Virus record (IMG/VR): IMGVR_UViG_3300023174_000039 | Location: 248,001 to 312,000 of that record | Direction: 5' to 3' (one strand) | Length of the DNA stretch: 64,000 nt | Part shown: positions 18,892 through 26,993 of the stretch, piece by piece | Layout: each line of letters opens with the position of its first letter | Position numbering within the stretch: position 1 is the first letter of the stretch | Made by a program: the position numbers and the translations under genes | Notes under the pieces: generated by a model | What the model saw: only the letters and a program-made list of their open reading frames with translations | Database searches by the model: none | Told to the model about the DNA's origin: nothing

Positions 18892-20266
18892 GATACTTGC
18901 ATTCGGCCCACCAGGCTCGCATTTCAGGAAACGTATTTAAAAAGTCTGTGCCTCTACGGCGATCGTGCTCACTAAAGAATCTATAGAAATCGGCTTGTGC
19001 TACAGCATTAGACTGTGATTGACCTTCACGCATCCAGGCAATATCTCGTTCCAGGCGCTGTACTTCGTAGTCTTTGAATCCGTGCAAAGGATTAGCGTCA
19101 GTTGTCATGTTGTCCAGCATGAAGTTTCTGGCACGTTCTAGTTGCACAGCATAGCTTTCTGGCAACAGTTGTAGACTTTGCCAAGCAGGTTCACGGAGCA
19201 CAGGTGTATCAAACCACACACGTTGATATGTAGCAGAATGCTTTTTGCGCAGAGCAAGTATCCATTCTAGCAATACTGGCAAGCCAGTCACTGTGAGATT
19301 GTTCATTGTGATAATAAACGTTAGACTATTGCGGTTTGGTATCTCGTGCAAGAATCGTTCAACGTTTCGGGCCATACGTGCATAGTCCAGGCCATGGCGT
19401 ATGTACTCGGCTTGTGCGGCATGGCCAGAATCCAAACTAACATACTGCATGAAGTGTTCAATACGCGGAGTACATAGTTTTTTGGCATAATCCATGTACT
19501 TTTCAAACAATGTGTCTTCTACTGAAAAGTTAGATGTCACATTCAAGTGCAGTTTGGGATTGTCGTGCTCTAACACATAGTCAAATACTCTGTAGGTATT
19601 ACGATCCATGAGTGGTTCGCCGCCGGTCATGCGGAAGTGTTCCAGCTGTGGGTACAGTGTGGGCCACCATTCCCAAAATGCATCTACGTAAGGGTTAGCA
19701 GTCCGATTAGGAATAGGTCTGCGATCACCACTGAAATGTTCAGGTGCATTATGAGGGCGACTGGTGGGGTAAGCCCCAAGTCTTTCCATTTCATCTTGCC
19801 AGCTTGAACTAAACTGGGGTGAGCAATAACTACATTTAAGATTACAAGCGTGATTAAAATTAACTTCCACATAACTGGGGATAATATCATCTTCGTTTCC
19901 CGTGCTGTTACGAATTTTTTCTAGATCCACAGCGGCCCAAGGTTCACCTGAACGATAGTGCCGATCACTCAGCTTGCCTAGATTTTCCATGTTCCAACAG
20001 TACTGACATTCACTGGGTTTTTCACCAGACAACATCATTTTTCTTTGTGCTTTTTTATGATCAGTATTGTGCAAGCCACCTGGACGTTTTATATCTTCTG
20101 GGCTGATGCGATGCAGTGGAGGATGGTAGCAAGAATTGTTTAGTCCTGTTGGCAAGTGAAAACTAACTTGTTTCCACTTGGCCAGACACAGCGCCGGGCC
20201 AAGTTCTTGTTGCATCTGCTCGGCAGAGCTCATAAACCCGCTTTGATCACCTTTGCTCATTACCAA
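18875..20266 (-). CDS. Radical SAM protein with N-terminal twitch-like domain (subtype A)
   Basis: LCLAKW...SCYHPPLH...CQYCW, CNLKCSYC, TGGEP, C-terminal HDRRRGTDF. Confidence 0.9.
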   Translation of the reverse strand: MVMSKGDQSGFMSSAEQMQQELGPALCLAKWKQVSFHLPTGLNNSCYHPPLHRISPEDIKRPGGLHNTDHKKAQRKMMLSGEKPSECQYCWNMENLGKLSDRHYRSGEPWAAVDLEKIRNSTGNEDDIIPSYVEVNFNHACNLKCSYCSPQFSSSWQDEMERLGAYPTSRPHNAPEHFSGDRRPIPNRTANPYVDAFWEWWPTLYPQLEHFRMTGGEPLMDRNTYRVFDYVLEHDNPKLHLNVTSNFSVEDTLFEKYMDYAKKLCTPRIEHFMQYVSLDSGHAAQAEYIRHGLDYARMARNVERFLHEIPNRNSLTFIITMNNLTVTGLPVLLEWILALRKKHSATYQRVWFDTPVLREPAWQSLQLLPESYAVQLERARNFMLDNMTTDANPLHGFKDYEVQRLERDIAWMREGQSQSNAVAQADFYRFFSEHDRRRGTDFLNTFPEMRAWWAECKYHARNT

Positions 20267-21192
20267 CCTTCTTGCTTGCGTATGACATCAATCTCACGTG
20301 TCATAGCACCTTGGTTGTGCCAATTGCTACGATAATGGCGTTTGAAAAATGCGCTTTGCTCTTGTTCCAAAATAGCCATGGGCAAATCTAACTGAGTTCC
20401 TAAATCAACACCCAGTTGGTTGCTGAGTAATCGCGGTTGGCTGTCTTTAACTGTGAGCCATAATTCAGATAATGCATCAAACCATTGCACCTGTTTGTGA
20501 TCCCAATTGGTAAGCATGGTCATGTATGTGCCTTGTCGTGCGCCAGCAATGGCCCATTCACCGTGGTCAACATCTGTACCCACATTATGCCAGATGGTCA
20601 AGTTCTCTAGGTTTTTCTTGTGTGCTTGTTCTTTGAAGTCTTCCACTGTGGGCTTGGCGCCTTTGTTCAGACACATCTTTACACCCTCACGGAAGCCGGC
20701 ACGCCAAGCATGAAATGCATCACCGTTGGGATAAGTTGTTGAGTAGCAGTCGTACATGGGCCAGTACAAGGGATCAAAACAAAACTCTACTTCAGTTTCT
20801 GTACGGCCGTCTGTGGCTTCGTGTGTGCGCATGTTCATTACAAATTCTTGTGTCCACGAACTTAGACCTCCGTTGCCATACATGAGTCCATTGACGTGAT
20901 TACGGGCTCTCCAGCGGAACACTGCTTTTTCATACTCTGCAGTGGGAAATGACAGTGTTTGATTAAAGAACTCTGGGTCAGGCATGTTGTCGCCATCAAT
21001 GAGAATAAAGCGTTCAGTATCAGACGCTTCGGCAGCTGCCTTGTGTGCGGCATCACTTCCTTTGACCCCATCCACACGCTTGGCCCAAGGTACCATGTTG
21101 CGTATCTTGACCCAAAATTCTTCTTTCTGTGGTTCGTCGTAGGTTAGATAAATGCAGTCTAGATCTGCTACATCAATTTGATTCAAAGCCAT
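20260..21192 (-). CDS. Putative GT-A fold glycosyltransferase
   Basis: N-terminal strand plus YDEP, AHKAAA helix and hydrophobic-DxD motif FILIDGDN. Confidence 0.55.
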   Translation of the reverse strand: MALNQIDVADLDCIYLTYDEPQKEEFWVKIRNMVPWAKRVDGVKGSDAAHKAAAEASDTERFILIDGDNMPDPEFFNQTLSFPTAEYEKAVFRWRARNHVNGLMYGNGGLSSWTQEFVMNMRTHEATDGRTETEVEFCFDPLYWPMYDCYSTTYPNGDAFHAWRAGFREGVKMCLNKGAKPTVEDFKEQAHKKNLENLTIWHNVGTDVDHGEWAIAGARQGTYMTMLTNWDHKQVQWFDALSELWLTVKDSQPRLLSNQLGVDLGTQLDLPMAILEQEQSAFFKRHYRSNWHNQGAMTREIDVIRKQEGW

Positions 21193-21514
21193 GTGTTTGT
21201 TTACTCCATCGTTGGTGCGTATCAGATTCGGAAACTACAATGCTAACATCACGGGGATGACATGGTGTTCCTGTTTCTGTAGGTTTTAATTTACTAATAA
21301 TATTTTCTGTAAGTTCATACAGTTTTCCTTTGTGTACTCTCACATTTGCAGGGTTTCGACTGTATGTTTCGTGGTCAATTTCTATGTATGTACCTGGCAA
21401 ATCTTCCATGCTATAGAATAACGGAATTCCTTGTTGGTCGTAGTACAATCTATAAAAAATGTCATAGACTTTGGGAGTATCTGTTAGAATTTTCCAGAAC
21501 TCTTCATCTGTCAT
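21173..21514 (-). CDS. Hypothetical protein
   Basis: 113-aa ORF overlapping both neighbours in operon fashion. Confidence 0.7.
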   Translation of the reverse strand: MTDEEFWKILTDTPKVYDIFYRLYYDQQGIPLFYSMEDLPGTYIEIDHETYSRNPANVRVHKGKLYELTENIISKLKPTETGTPCHPRDVSIVVSESDTHQRWSKQTHGFESN

Positions 21515-22292
21515 TGGTCCACTCCTTGACTCTGTAATGCAAGGCTCCCCATTGTACTATGGTGTTGATCTTGGCTATGTAGTTGTGGTATTCAAACACA
21601 AACTCATCAAGCCAGGCCTCTGTACGACTGCCGGCATGTTGTTGCTTCATGTGGGTAATCTGTGGGTAACTGGCAAATGGCATGGTACATCGTTCTGCGC
21701 CAATGATATTGGCAGCCATAGCATACACTAGATCCGTGCTTGGAATGTCTTCGGGGAACTTCAATAACTTCCGATATTCTTCCCAGTTTTCAAATATCTT
21801 GCGTACTGTATCAAAAAATTCCTTGGCTGTTTCACTGAGTCTCCAGTATGTGATAGCATTGTACACATCTGGAAGGTCGTTGGCATCAAATACTTTGCGA
21901 TAGTATCTGCTGGCGGCCTGTTGGTTTTTCCAATCTCTGCAACCAGTTGATACCACTAGATCACGATTGCGTAACAGAGTCCACCAGTGATCAATAGGGC
22001 TAGTAATCATCATGTCTGCTTCCAGCTTGATTGTTTCTCTAAACGGTGTTGCACGAAACACTTGCCAGTCGTTGGCCCAGGGGTTTTCTAAATCCAACGG
22101 ATAAGGAAACTCACGCACATAGTCAAACAGCGGCGGATTTGATGCATCTGTAGCATTGGTCAGCAAACAGATTTGCGCATCAGGATGCCAGTATTTGATG
22201 GTCTTGGCCAGTGTTTCGGCACAACTCACATAGTTTGTGCCGGGTATGTTAATTGCTACTATTAGGTAGCCTTGTTCGGCGATCGGTTTCAA
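21504..22292 (-). CDS. GT8-like glycosyltransferase
   Basis: Y..CA..LA.TIK, TPFRETIKLEADM (ExD in place of DxD), YNA, late HMK motif. Confidence 0.6.
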   Translation of the reverse strand: MKPIAEQGYLIVAINIPGTNYVSCAETLAKTIKYWHPDAQICLLTNATDASNPPLFDYVREFPYPLDLENPWANDWQVFRATPFRETIKLEADMMITSPIDHWWTLLRNRDLVVSTGCRDWKNQQAASRYYRKVFDANDLPDVYNAITYWRLSETAKEFFDTVRKIFENWEEYRKLLKFPEDIPSTDLVYAMAANIIGAERCTMPFASYPQITHMKQQHAGSRTEAWLDEFVFEYHNYIAKINTIVQWGALHYRVKEWTNDR

Positions 22293-23088
22293 CGATGTCT
22301 CCTAGATGTTTTTTGCCCATGGCATGGAAATCCAAGCCTTCGAAGCTCATGTGTTTGAGCTTCTGGTCACTGTCTGTGTATTCTATTGCGTATGAATCAC
22401 TGTTGAGATGTTTCAAGTGTCTGCTTAATCGTGTGTTGGGCATGACGCTGGGCAAGGCCCAGGGTATTTCGTCTACCTTCATTGTATGTCCACTCACAAT
22501 GCCCAGTGCAATACTTAATGCAAAGTCGTTGCGATAGGTAGCACGATCAATGTTGTACAAGTCTCTATAATGCTGCCAGTTGTCTCGCACCATTTGCATG
22601 CAATCAAATATATATTGTGCAGTATTGCTCTTACGGAACATCATCACTGTGGCCCACCACATGGGTATGTTGTATTGTCCAAACATGTTTAGTCCACGCA
22701 TGTCTGTTTGTCCAGCAAGGTCAAATGCTTGTCTATGGCACATGAAGTCTTGCTGTGCGTTTAGTAATTGTTTTAGATTGTTACTGGCCACAACATAGTC
22801 AGCATCCAGCACAATAGTTTGATCATACGGGGTCAAACTGTATGCGTCAACACGCCCGGCATTGTGCCAAGTCACTGTTTTGTCATAATCTTCAAAGTAG
22901 CGAGTACCGCCTGATTCAGCATCAGCGCGGATCACACGGTCAAATGCTGTGCCAGTGTATTCAATATTGGTCACTACACTAACAGGTAGATTCAAATGTC
23001 GACGTACATTGCCAGCACTCCATTCAGCCATGGCCAAGTAGTCTGTTTCTTCGTTGTTGAAGGCAAAGATTAGCACACCTGCGGTCAT
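22249..23088 (-). CDS. GT8-like glycosyltransferase
   Basis: TPYDQTIVLDADY (DxD), RND, late HAMGK motif; paralogous to the adjacent gene. Confidence 0.65.
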   Translation of the reverse strand: MTAGVLIFAFNNEETDYLAMAEWSAGNVRRHLNLPVSVVTNIEYTGTAFDRVIRADAESGGTRYFEDYDKTVTWHNAGRVDAYSLTPYDQTIVLDADYVVASNNLKQLLNAQQDFMCHRQAFDLAGQTDMRGLNMFGQYNIPMWWATVMMFRKSNTAQYIFDCMQMVRDNWQHYRDLYNIDRATYRNDFALSIALGIVSGHTMKVDEIPWALPSVMPNTRLSRHLKHLNSDSYAIEYTDSDQKLKHMSFEGLDFHAMGKKHLGDIVETDRRTRLPNSSN

Positions 23089-23390
23089 CGTTGCTTTCTT
23101 AATTCTTCATGCTCTGCAAGCCATCCGTTCATTTGCTCTTGCCATCGTTGCTGTGCTGCCAGTTCAAGTTCTCTAACATCAACCTTTACTGGAGTTTCGT
23201 ACAAGTCTAGCAACACTGCTGTGTCATCAGGGCACACAGCTAGCACGGCCAATAGTTCAGCACCTGCTCTCCACATACCACCTGCATAAGCAAACAACAT
23301 GCGAGCTTCGTATTTTTCTTTTAGTACACGTTTTGCGGCAACGTGATCAAACCTTGCTCGTGCGTGAGCAACTAATTCATTGGTATCCAT
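23085..23390 (-). CDS. Hypothetical protein, first gene of the leftward modification operon
   Basis: 101-aa ORF directly behind a sigma70-like promoter. Confidence 0.75.
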   Translation of the reverse strand: MDTNELVAHARARFDHVAAKRVLKEKYEARMLFAYAGGMWRAGAELLAVLAVCPDDTAVLLDLYETPVKVDVRELELAAQQRWQEQMNGWLAEHEELRKQR

Positions 23391-23396
23391 AGTGAT

Positions 23397-23425
23397 AGTA
23401 TACGCTGGTTTTAGATAAAAGTAAA
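23397..23425 (-). promoter_or_regulatory. Sigma70-type promoter TTTACT-N17-TATACT, probably giving a leaderless transcript
   Basis: Minus strand reads tttact tttatctaaaaccagcg tatact atcact ATG(23390). Confidence 0.6.
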
Positions 23426-23442
23426 GGGCCCAACGGCCCTTT
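23416..23442 (-). terminator. Intrinsic terminator after the tail fibre genes
   Basis: Hairpin aaagggcc-gttg-ggcccttt followed by actttt on the minus strand, about 20 nt after the stop at 23461. Confidence 0.7.
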
Positions 23443-23460
23443 TGGTAAACAAGTTTGCTA

Positions 23461-24435
23461 TTAAGCGAACGTTGCTGCCACAGTTGGAGTTCCCCAGGCG
23501 GCTGTGGTTAGATATGTTGAACTTGGTGGGTAATATGTAACAATAGTACATGGTGCTGTTCCTGGTGTTGCACTAGTTGGGGCTGAGCCACCAGAAATTG
23601 GGTCACCTTCAGGATTTACCCAGGTTGTTGAGATTACCAATGTATCAGAACTTGCACCTTTGGCCAATGTGTGTTGGATATAGTTAGCAGTGTATGGTGC
23701 AGTGGCTGAGAACTGTTTGTAAACAATGGTTGCGGCAGCACCAGCAGTTAATGAATACCAGCCAGTGGTAGTGGCCAGTGTATTAGGCGTACCTGTTCCA
23801 CCAATTTTGGTTGTTCCTGTGTAGCTGGTAGAGGCAATGGTTTGTGCCGCACCGTTTACACGTCCAGAAATCCAAATTGCACCACACAGTGTGTTGGCCA
23901 AGTTATTCCATTCAGGATCACCTGTTTGTCCAGTAGAACTCTTTGCCACTTGAATTTTAACAAGTCCGCCAGCATTAAAGAAATATCTTGCGGCAGCAGC
24001 ACTGGCAAATGTCACAGTGTTTGTAAATGTCATTGTCCAAGCACCGGCAGTTTTACCACCTGTGTTAGAGTTAGTACCAGTCCAGCCAGTGAACTGCGAA
24101 CCACTCGCGGCTGCGTTTCCACGATTGGTAGTCAATGTAGTCAAGTCAGTGTTTAGTGCTGCCAAAATATTAATGATGTTACCAGCAGTTGGTGCGGTTC
24201 TAGCAGTGATTGCTGTGCCTTGATGGCTTCCCATTGAACTAATGGTGTTGACCAAACTAGCCCACTGTGTAGCAGTAACAGTGTTTGTAGCGGCCACAGT
24301 ACCCAATGCTGATTGTCCGTACCCTGCATCAGTTGACCCAGTTGCCCATATGCTATTGACGTTGGCACCGGCCGTGTCATTAGCAAACCCATTGTAGTCC
24401 GTTGCTACAATTAAACTACCGCTTGAATATGTCAT
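23461..24435 (-). CDS. Virion structural / short tail-fibre-like protein
   Basis: Thr/Ala/Gly-rich, N-terminal MTYSSGSLIVATDYN, ARYFFNAGG motif, located in the tail module. Confidence 0.6.
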   Translation of the reverse strand: MTYSSGSLIVATDYNGFANDTAGANVNSIWATGSTDAGYGQSALGTVAATNTVTATQWASLVNTISSMGSHQGTAITARTAPTAGNIINILAALNTDLTTLTTNRGNAAASGSQFTGWTGTNSNTGGKTAGAWTMTFTNTVTFASAAAARYFFNAGGLVKIQVAKSSTGQTGDPEWNNLANTLCGAIWISGRVNGAAQTIASTSYTGTTKIGGTGTPNTLATTTGWYSLTAGAAATIVYKQFSATAPYTANYIQHTLAKGASSDTLVISTTWVNPEGDPISGGSAPTSATPGTAPCTIVTYYPPSSTYLTTAAWGTPTVAATFA

Positions 24436-24448
24436 GCTATTATCCTAA

Positions 24449-26191
24449 TTAATTTATACTTACAATGGCTTCCACTGTGCCTAGATCAACTGTTGATTTA
24501 TCTACTAATGATCTACCAATTACGTTAAATGGGGTTGGTTCTCCGGGTAGTGCGGCACGGGCTACACCATTTCCGGCACTGACCAAGCGGTCACCTTTAG
24601 TAATTTGTCCTACAACCTTAACTGGTACACGCCCAGTCATTGCAACTGGCGGGTGTGTATCGTTCTGACCGGCACCACCATTCATAGTAAAAGCTGGTCT
24701 TGTACTTATCACTCCGAACACATTTTCGCTTAAATCTGTACGAGATCTAGTAATTTCTTTGGCTCCACCAAGTTCAACCACGGTTCCTGGGTCCATAACT
24801 TCGTCTGCTTCAAATCGTTCTGCAACGTCAGCGTATAGTGCAGTGGTCGCAGTAGCAAACACTTGGTTAAAGTAGTTGGAACTTGATCCAATGTTACCCA
24901 CAGCGTTTGATCCTGATTTGGCAATGCTTTGAGTGGTCAATGTTGAAACAGTAATACCTGTACCAGAAACTACCATGACATTTGATGTGCCACCAATATT
25001 AAAGTTGATGTTACCGCCACTTGCACCAACGTTGGCTTCTGAAGTACCATTTGAAATCTTTGTTACTGAAACGGCTGCACTAATACCAGTCAATTGAGAT
25101 CCGTTACCAACAAAATATATGGCATCAATGTTACCTGAACTTGTGATATTACCGGTTGAACTAATCAATCCAGATGTACGTAAATTCCCGCCTTGAACGT
25201 TGGCAGTAGCACTGATATTTGTGCCTTGAACCAATGCACCTGAAATAACATTGCCGCCTGTGACGTTGCCTGTAGCAGTGACCAAGCCTACTGTACGCAA
25301 GTTTCCGCCATCAATGTTACCTGTTGAGCTAACACTAGCTGTTTGGAAAGAGCCTGCAGTAATAATATTTCCGCCGGTGATGTTGCCAGTGGCTGTTATA
25401 GTACCACCAGTACCTAAATTACCACCAATGATTGATCCAGTAACAATTGCAGTACCACCTGATAACAAGTTACCACCGGTGATGTTACCTGAACTAGTTA
25501 GATATCCGTTGACATTCGCACCAGTTGATGTTACTGTAACAGAGGTAGCACCGCCTGCAGTGAGCGTGATATTTCCGCCATTGGTAACATTACCAGCTAG
25601 TGTACTAGAAGCACTCTTGGTAACTGTGATACCTGGATAGATTGTTGGAAAATTTGTGTTTGTAGGAGCAGCTGGAGTAAATGCACTATCAACACTGACA
25701 ATGGCAATTTGCTGATTGTTTACATACAGGCTGGTAATAAAGTGTGGCGAACCGCCTGAGTCGTTGACTGTGCCTGGAATAGCACCTGCAGTACCCTCAC
25801 TGCTGGTATATGCAGGACCAACTACAATAAAACTAGAACCAGTGTATACTTTTAATTGTTGGTTTGTTGTATCGTACCATAAGTCGCCAGTGACATTTGA
25901 TGTAGGTTGTGTGCTACTGGCAGTGGCAGCACTAATAGTTTTAAAGATAGAACCGTTGTAGACTTTTAACAAGTTATTGGTTTTATCCCACCACAGTTGT
26001 CCAGTTAACGGTGCGCCAGGGGCTGTGGTATTGGATCCATTTTCCAGCAAGTGGATAAAGTTTTCGTCTAAAAATTCACCATAGCCAGCGTAGTTCTTAC
26101 CTACCAGCGTCATGCTACTAGATGAATTGATTGTGCCGTCTGGTATTGTTGCAAAAACTGCACCATCAGTAAGATTAATTGTATATGCCAT
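24449..26191 (-). CDS. Tail fibre protein with GNxTGGN repeats and a C-terminal intramolecular chaperone/auto-cleavage-like domain
   Basis: GQLWWD/GDLWYD...LKVY repeats, GN(I/V)TGGN repeats, C-terminal YADVAE...GVIS...VAMTGRVPVKV...KGDRLVS. Confidence 0.75.
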   Translation of the reverse strand: MAYTINLTDGAVFATIPDGTINSSSSMTLVGKNYAGYGEFLDENFIHLLENGSNTTAPGAPLTGQLWWDKTNNLLKVYNGSIFKTISAATASSTQPTSNVTGDLWYDTTNQQLKVYTGSSFIVVGPAYTSSEGTAGAIPGTVNDSGGSPHFITSLYVNNQQIAIVSVDSAFTPAAPTNTNFPTIYPGITVTKSASSTLAGNVTNGGNITLTAGGATSVTVTSTGANVNGYLTSSGNITGGNLLSGGTAIVTGSIIGGNLGTGGTITATGNITGGNIITAGSFQTASVSSTGNIDGGNLRTVGLVTATGNVTGGNVISGALVQGTNISATANVQGGNLRTSGLISSTGNITSSGNIDAIYFVGNGSQLTGISAAVSVTKISNGTSEANVGASGGNINFNIGGTSNVMVVSGTGITVSTLTTQSIAKSGSNAVGNIGSSSNYFNQVFATATTALYADVAERFEADEVMDPGTVVELGGAKEITRSRTDLSENVFGVISTRPAFTMNGGAGQNDTHPPVAMTGRVPVKVVGQITKGDRLVSAGNGVARAALPGEPTPFNVIGRSLVDKSTVDLGTVEAIVSIN

Positions 26192-26216
26192 GTCAGTTAC
26201 CTGTTCCTGTTTTCAA

Positions 26217-26224
26217 TATTTATA
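26217..26224 (-). promoter_or_regulatory. T4-type late promoter TATAAATA
   Basis: Exact TATAAATA 25 nt upstream of ATG 26191, with AGGA in the leader; a gp55-like gene is in the window. Confidence 0.7.
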
Positions 26225-26825
26225 CAGCATTAATATTGCTTAATGTCTGTATACGTAATGTATAATCAATTTGAATCTGTCGATTCAAACTTTTTTGCAC
26301 TGGATGGAAGATCACATGCGTGATCAAACGTAGGTTATCTGCGCTTCCGTTCCAGGCTTTTAGTCCCAATTCGTCAAATACATATTCGCCATTGTAATTT
26401 GTTGAATTATCAAATGCTTGTTGTTCTGGCGGCTCGCCGTAGTCTAGCAAACAACTTACCAAAATGTCTGTATAAACATTTCCAGATGTATGTAACACTG
26501 TCATTTTGTTGTTTTCTGGATCAGTATCTGCTGCCGAATTGTCGTTTATTACCTTGGCATAGGTTTGATTGTACAAGTCAGCATTTTGACCTGTTGTGTT
26601 TGGGGGCAAATATGTAATAACGCCCGTAGGGTCTACACTAGATCCACCGTTGCCAAACGCCATTTGATAGATATACCCGGTGTTACGATCAGCCAGAGTC
26701 TGGGCCATTGCAATTGAAATATTTTCGTAATGAATAGCATTATGATCATCATAAAAGATCTCACCACTTTTTGGGTCGTGTATCTTGACATGTCCTGTAA
26801 TCTTGGCAAGTCCTGAAGTTATCAT
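26220..26825 (-). CDS. Baseplate / tail-fibre attachment protein
   Basis: MAFGNGG, FDELGL and THVIFHPVQKS..R.IQIDYT motifs; lies between the giant baseplate protein and the fibres. Confidence 0.6.
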   Translation of the reverse strand: MITSGLAKITGHVKIHDPKSGEIFYDDHNAIHYENISIAMAQTLADRNTGYIYQMAFGNGGSSVDPTGVITYLPPNTTGQNADLYNQTYAKVINDNSAADTDPENNKMTVLHTSGNVYTDILVSCLLDYGEPPEQQAFDNSTNYNGEYVFDELGLKAWNGSADNLRLITHVIFHPVQKSLNRQIQIDYTLRIQTLSNINAV

Positions 26826-26974
26826 CCTCGTCCCTCCACAATGGTTTTTTGTGTAGTTGGGTCGCTGATTCTAAAATGGGCTTGTACGCTGATTGTGCCC
26901 ATTTCGTTTGGGCGGCGGGGCCGGGCCGGCTGTGGAGCGGGTGTTGCGGGCTTGTTGTGCGTTGTATTTGACAT
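26822..26974 (-). CDS. 50-aa small protein; not in the ORF track
   Basis: MSNTTHNKPATPAPQPARPRRPNEMGTISVQAHFRISDPTTQKTIVEGRG; ATGA overlap with the next gene; preceded by GATAAATA. Confidence 0.7.
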   Translation of the reverse strand: MSNTTHNKPATPAPQPARPRRPNEMGTISVQAHFRISDPTTQKTIVEGRG

Positions 26975-26982
26975 GGTCTTTT

Positions 26983-26990
26983 ATTTATCC
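26983..26990 (-). promoter_or_regulatory. Late promoter variant GATAAATA
   Basis: Lies in the 19-nt gap between the giant gene stop and the small ORF start. Confidence 0.5.
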
Positions 26991-26993
26991 GTG

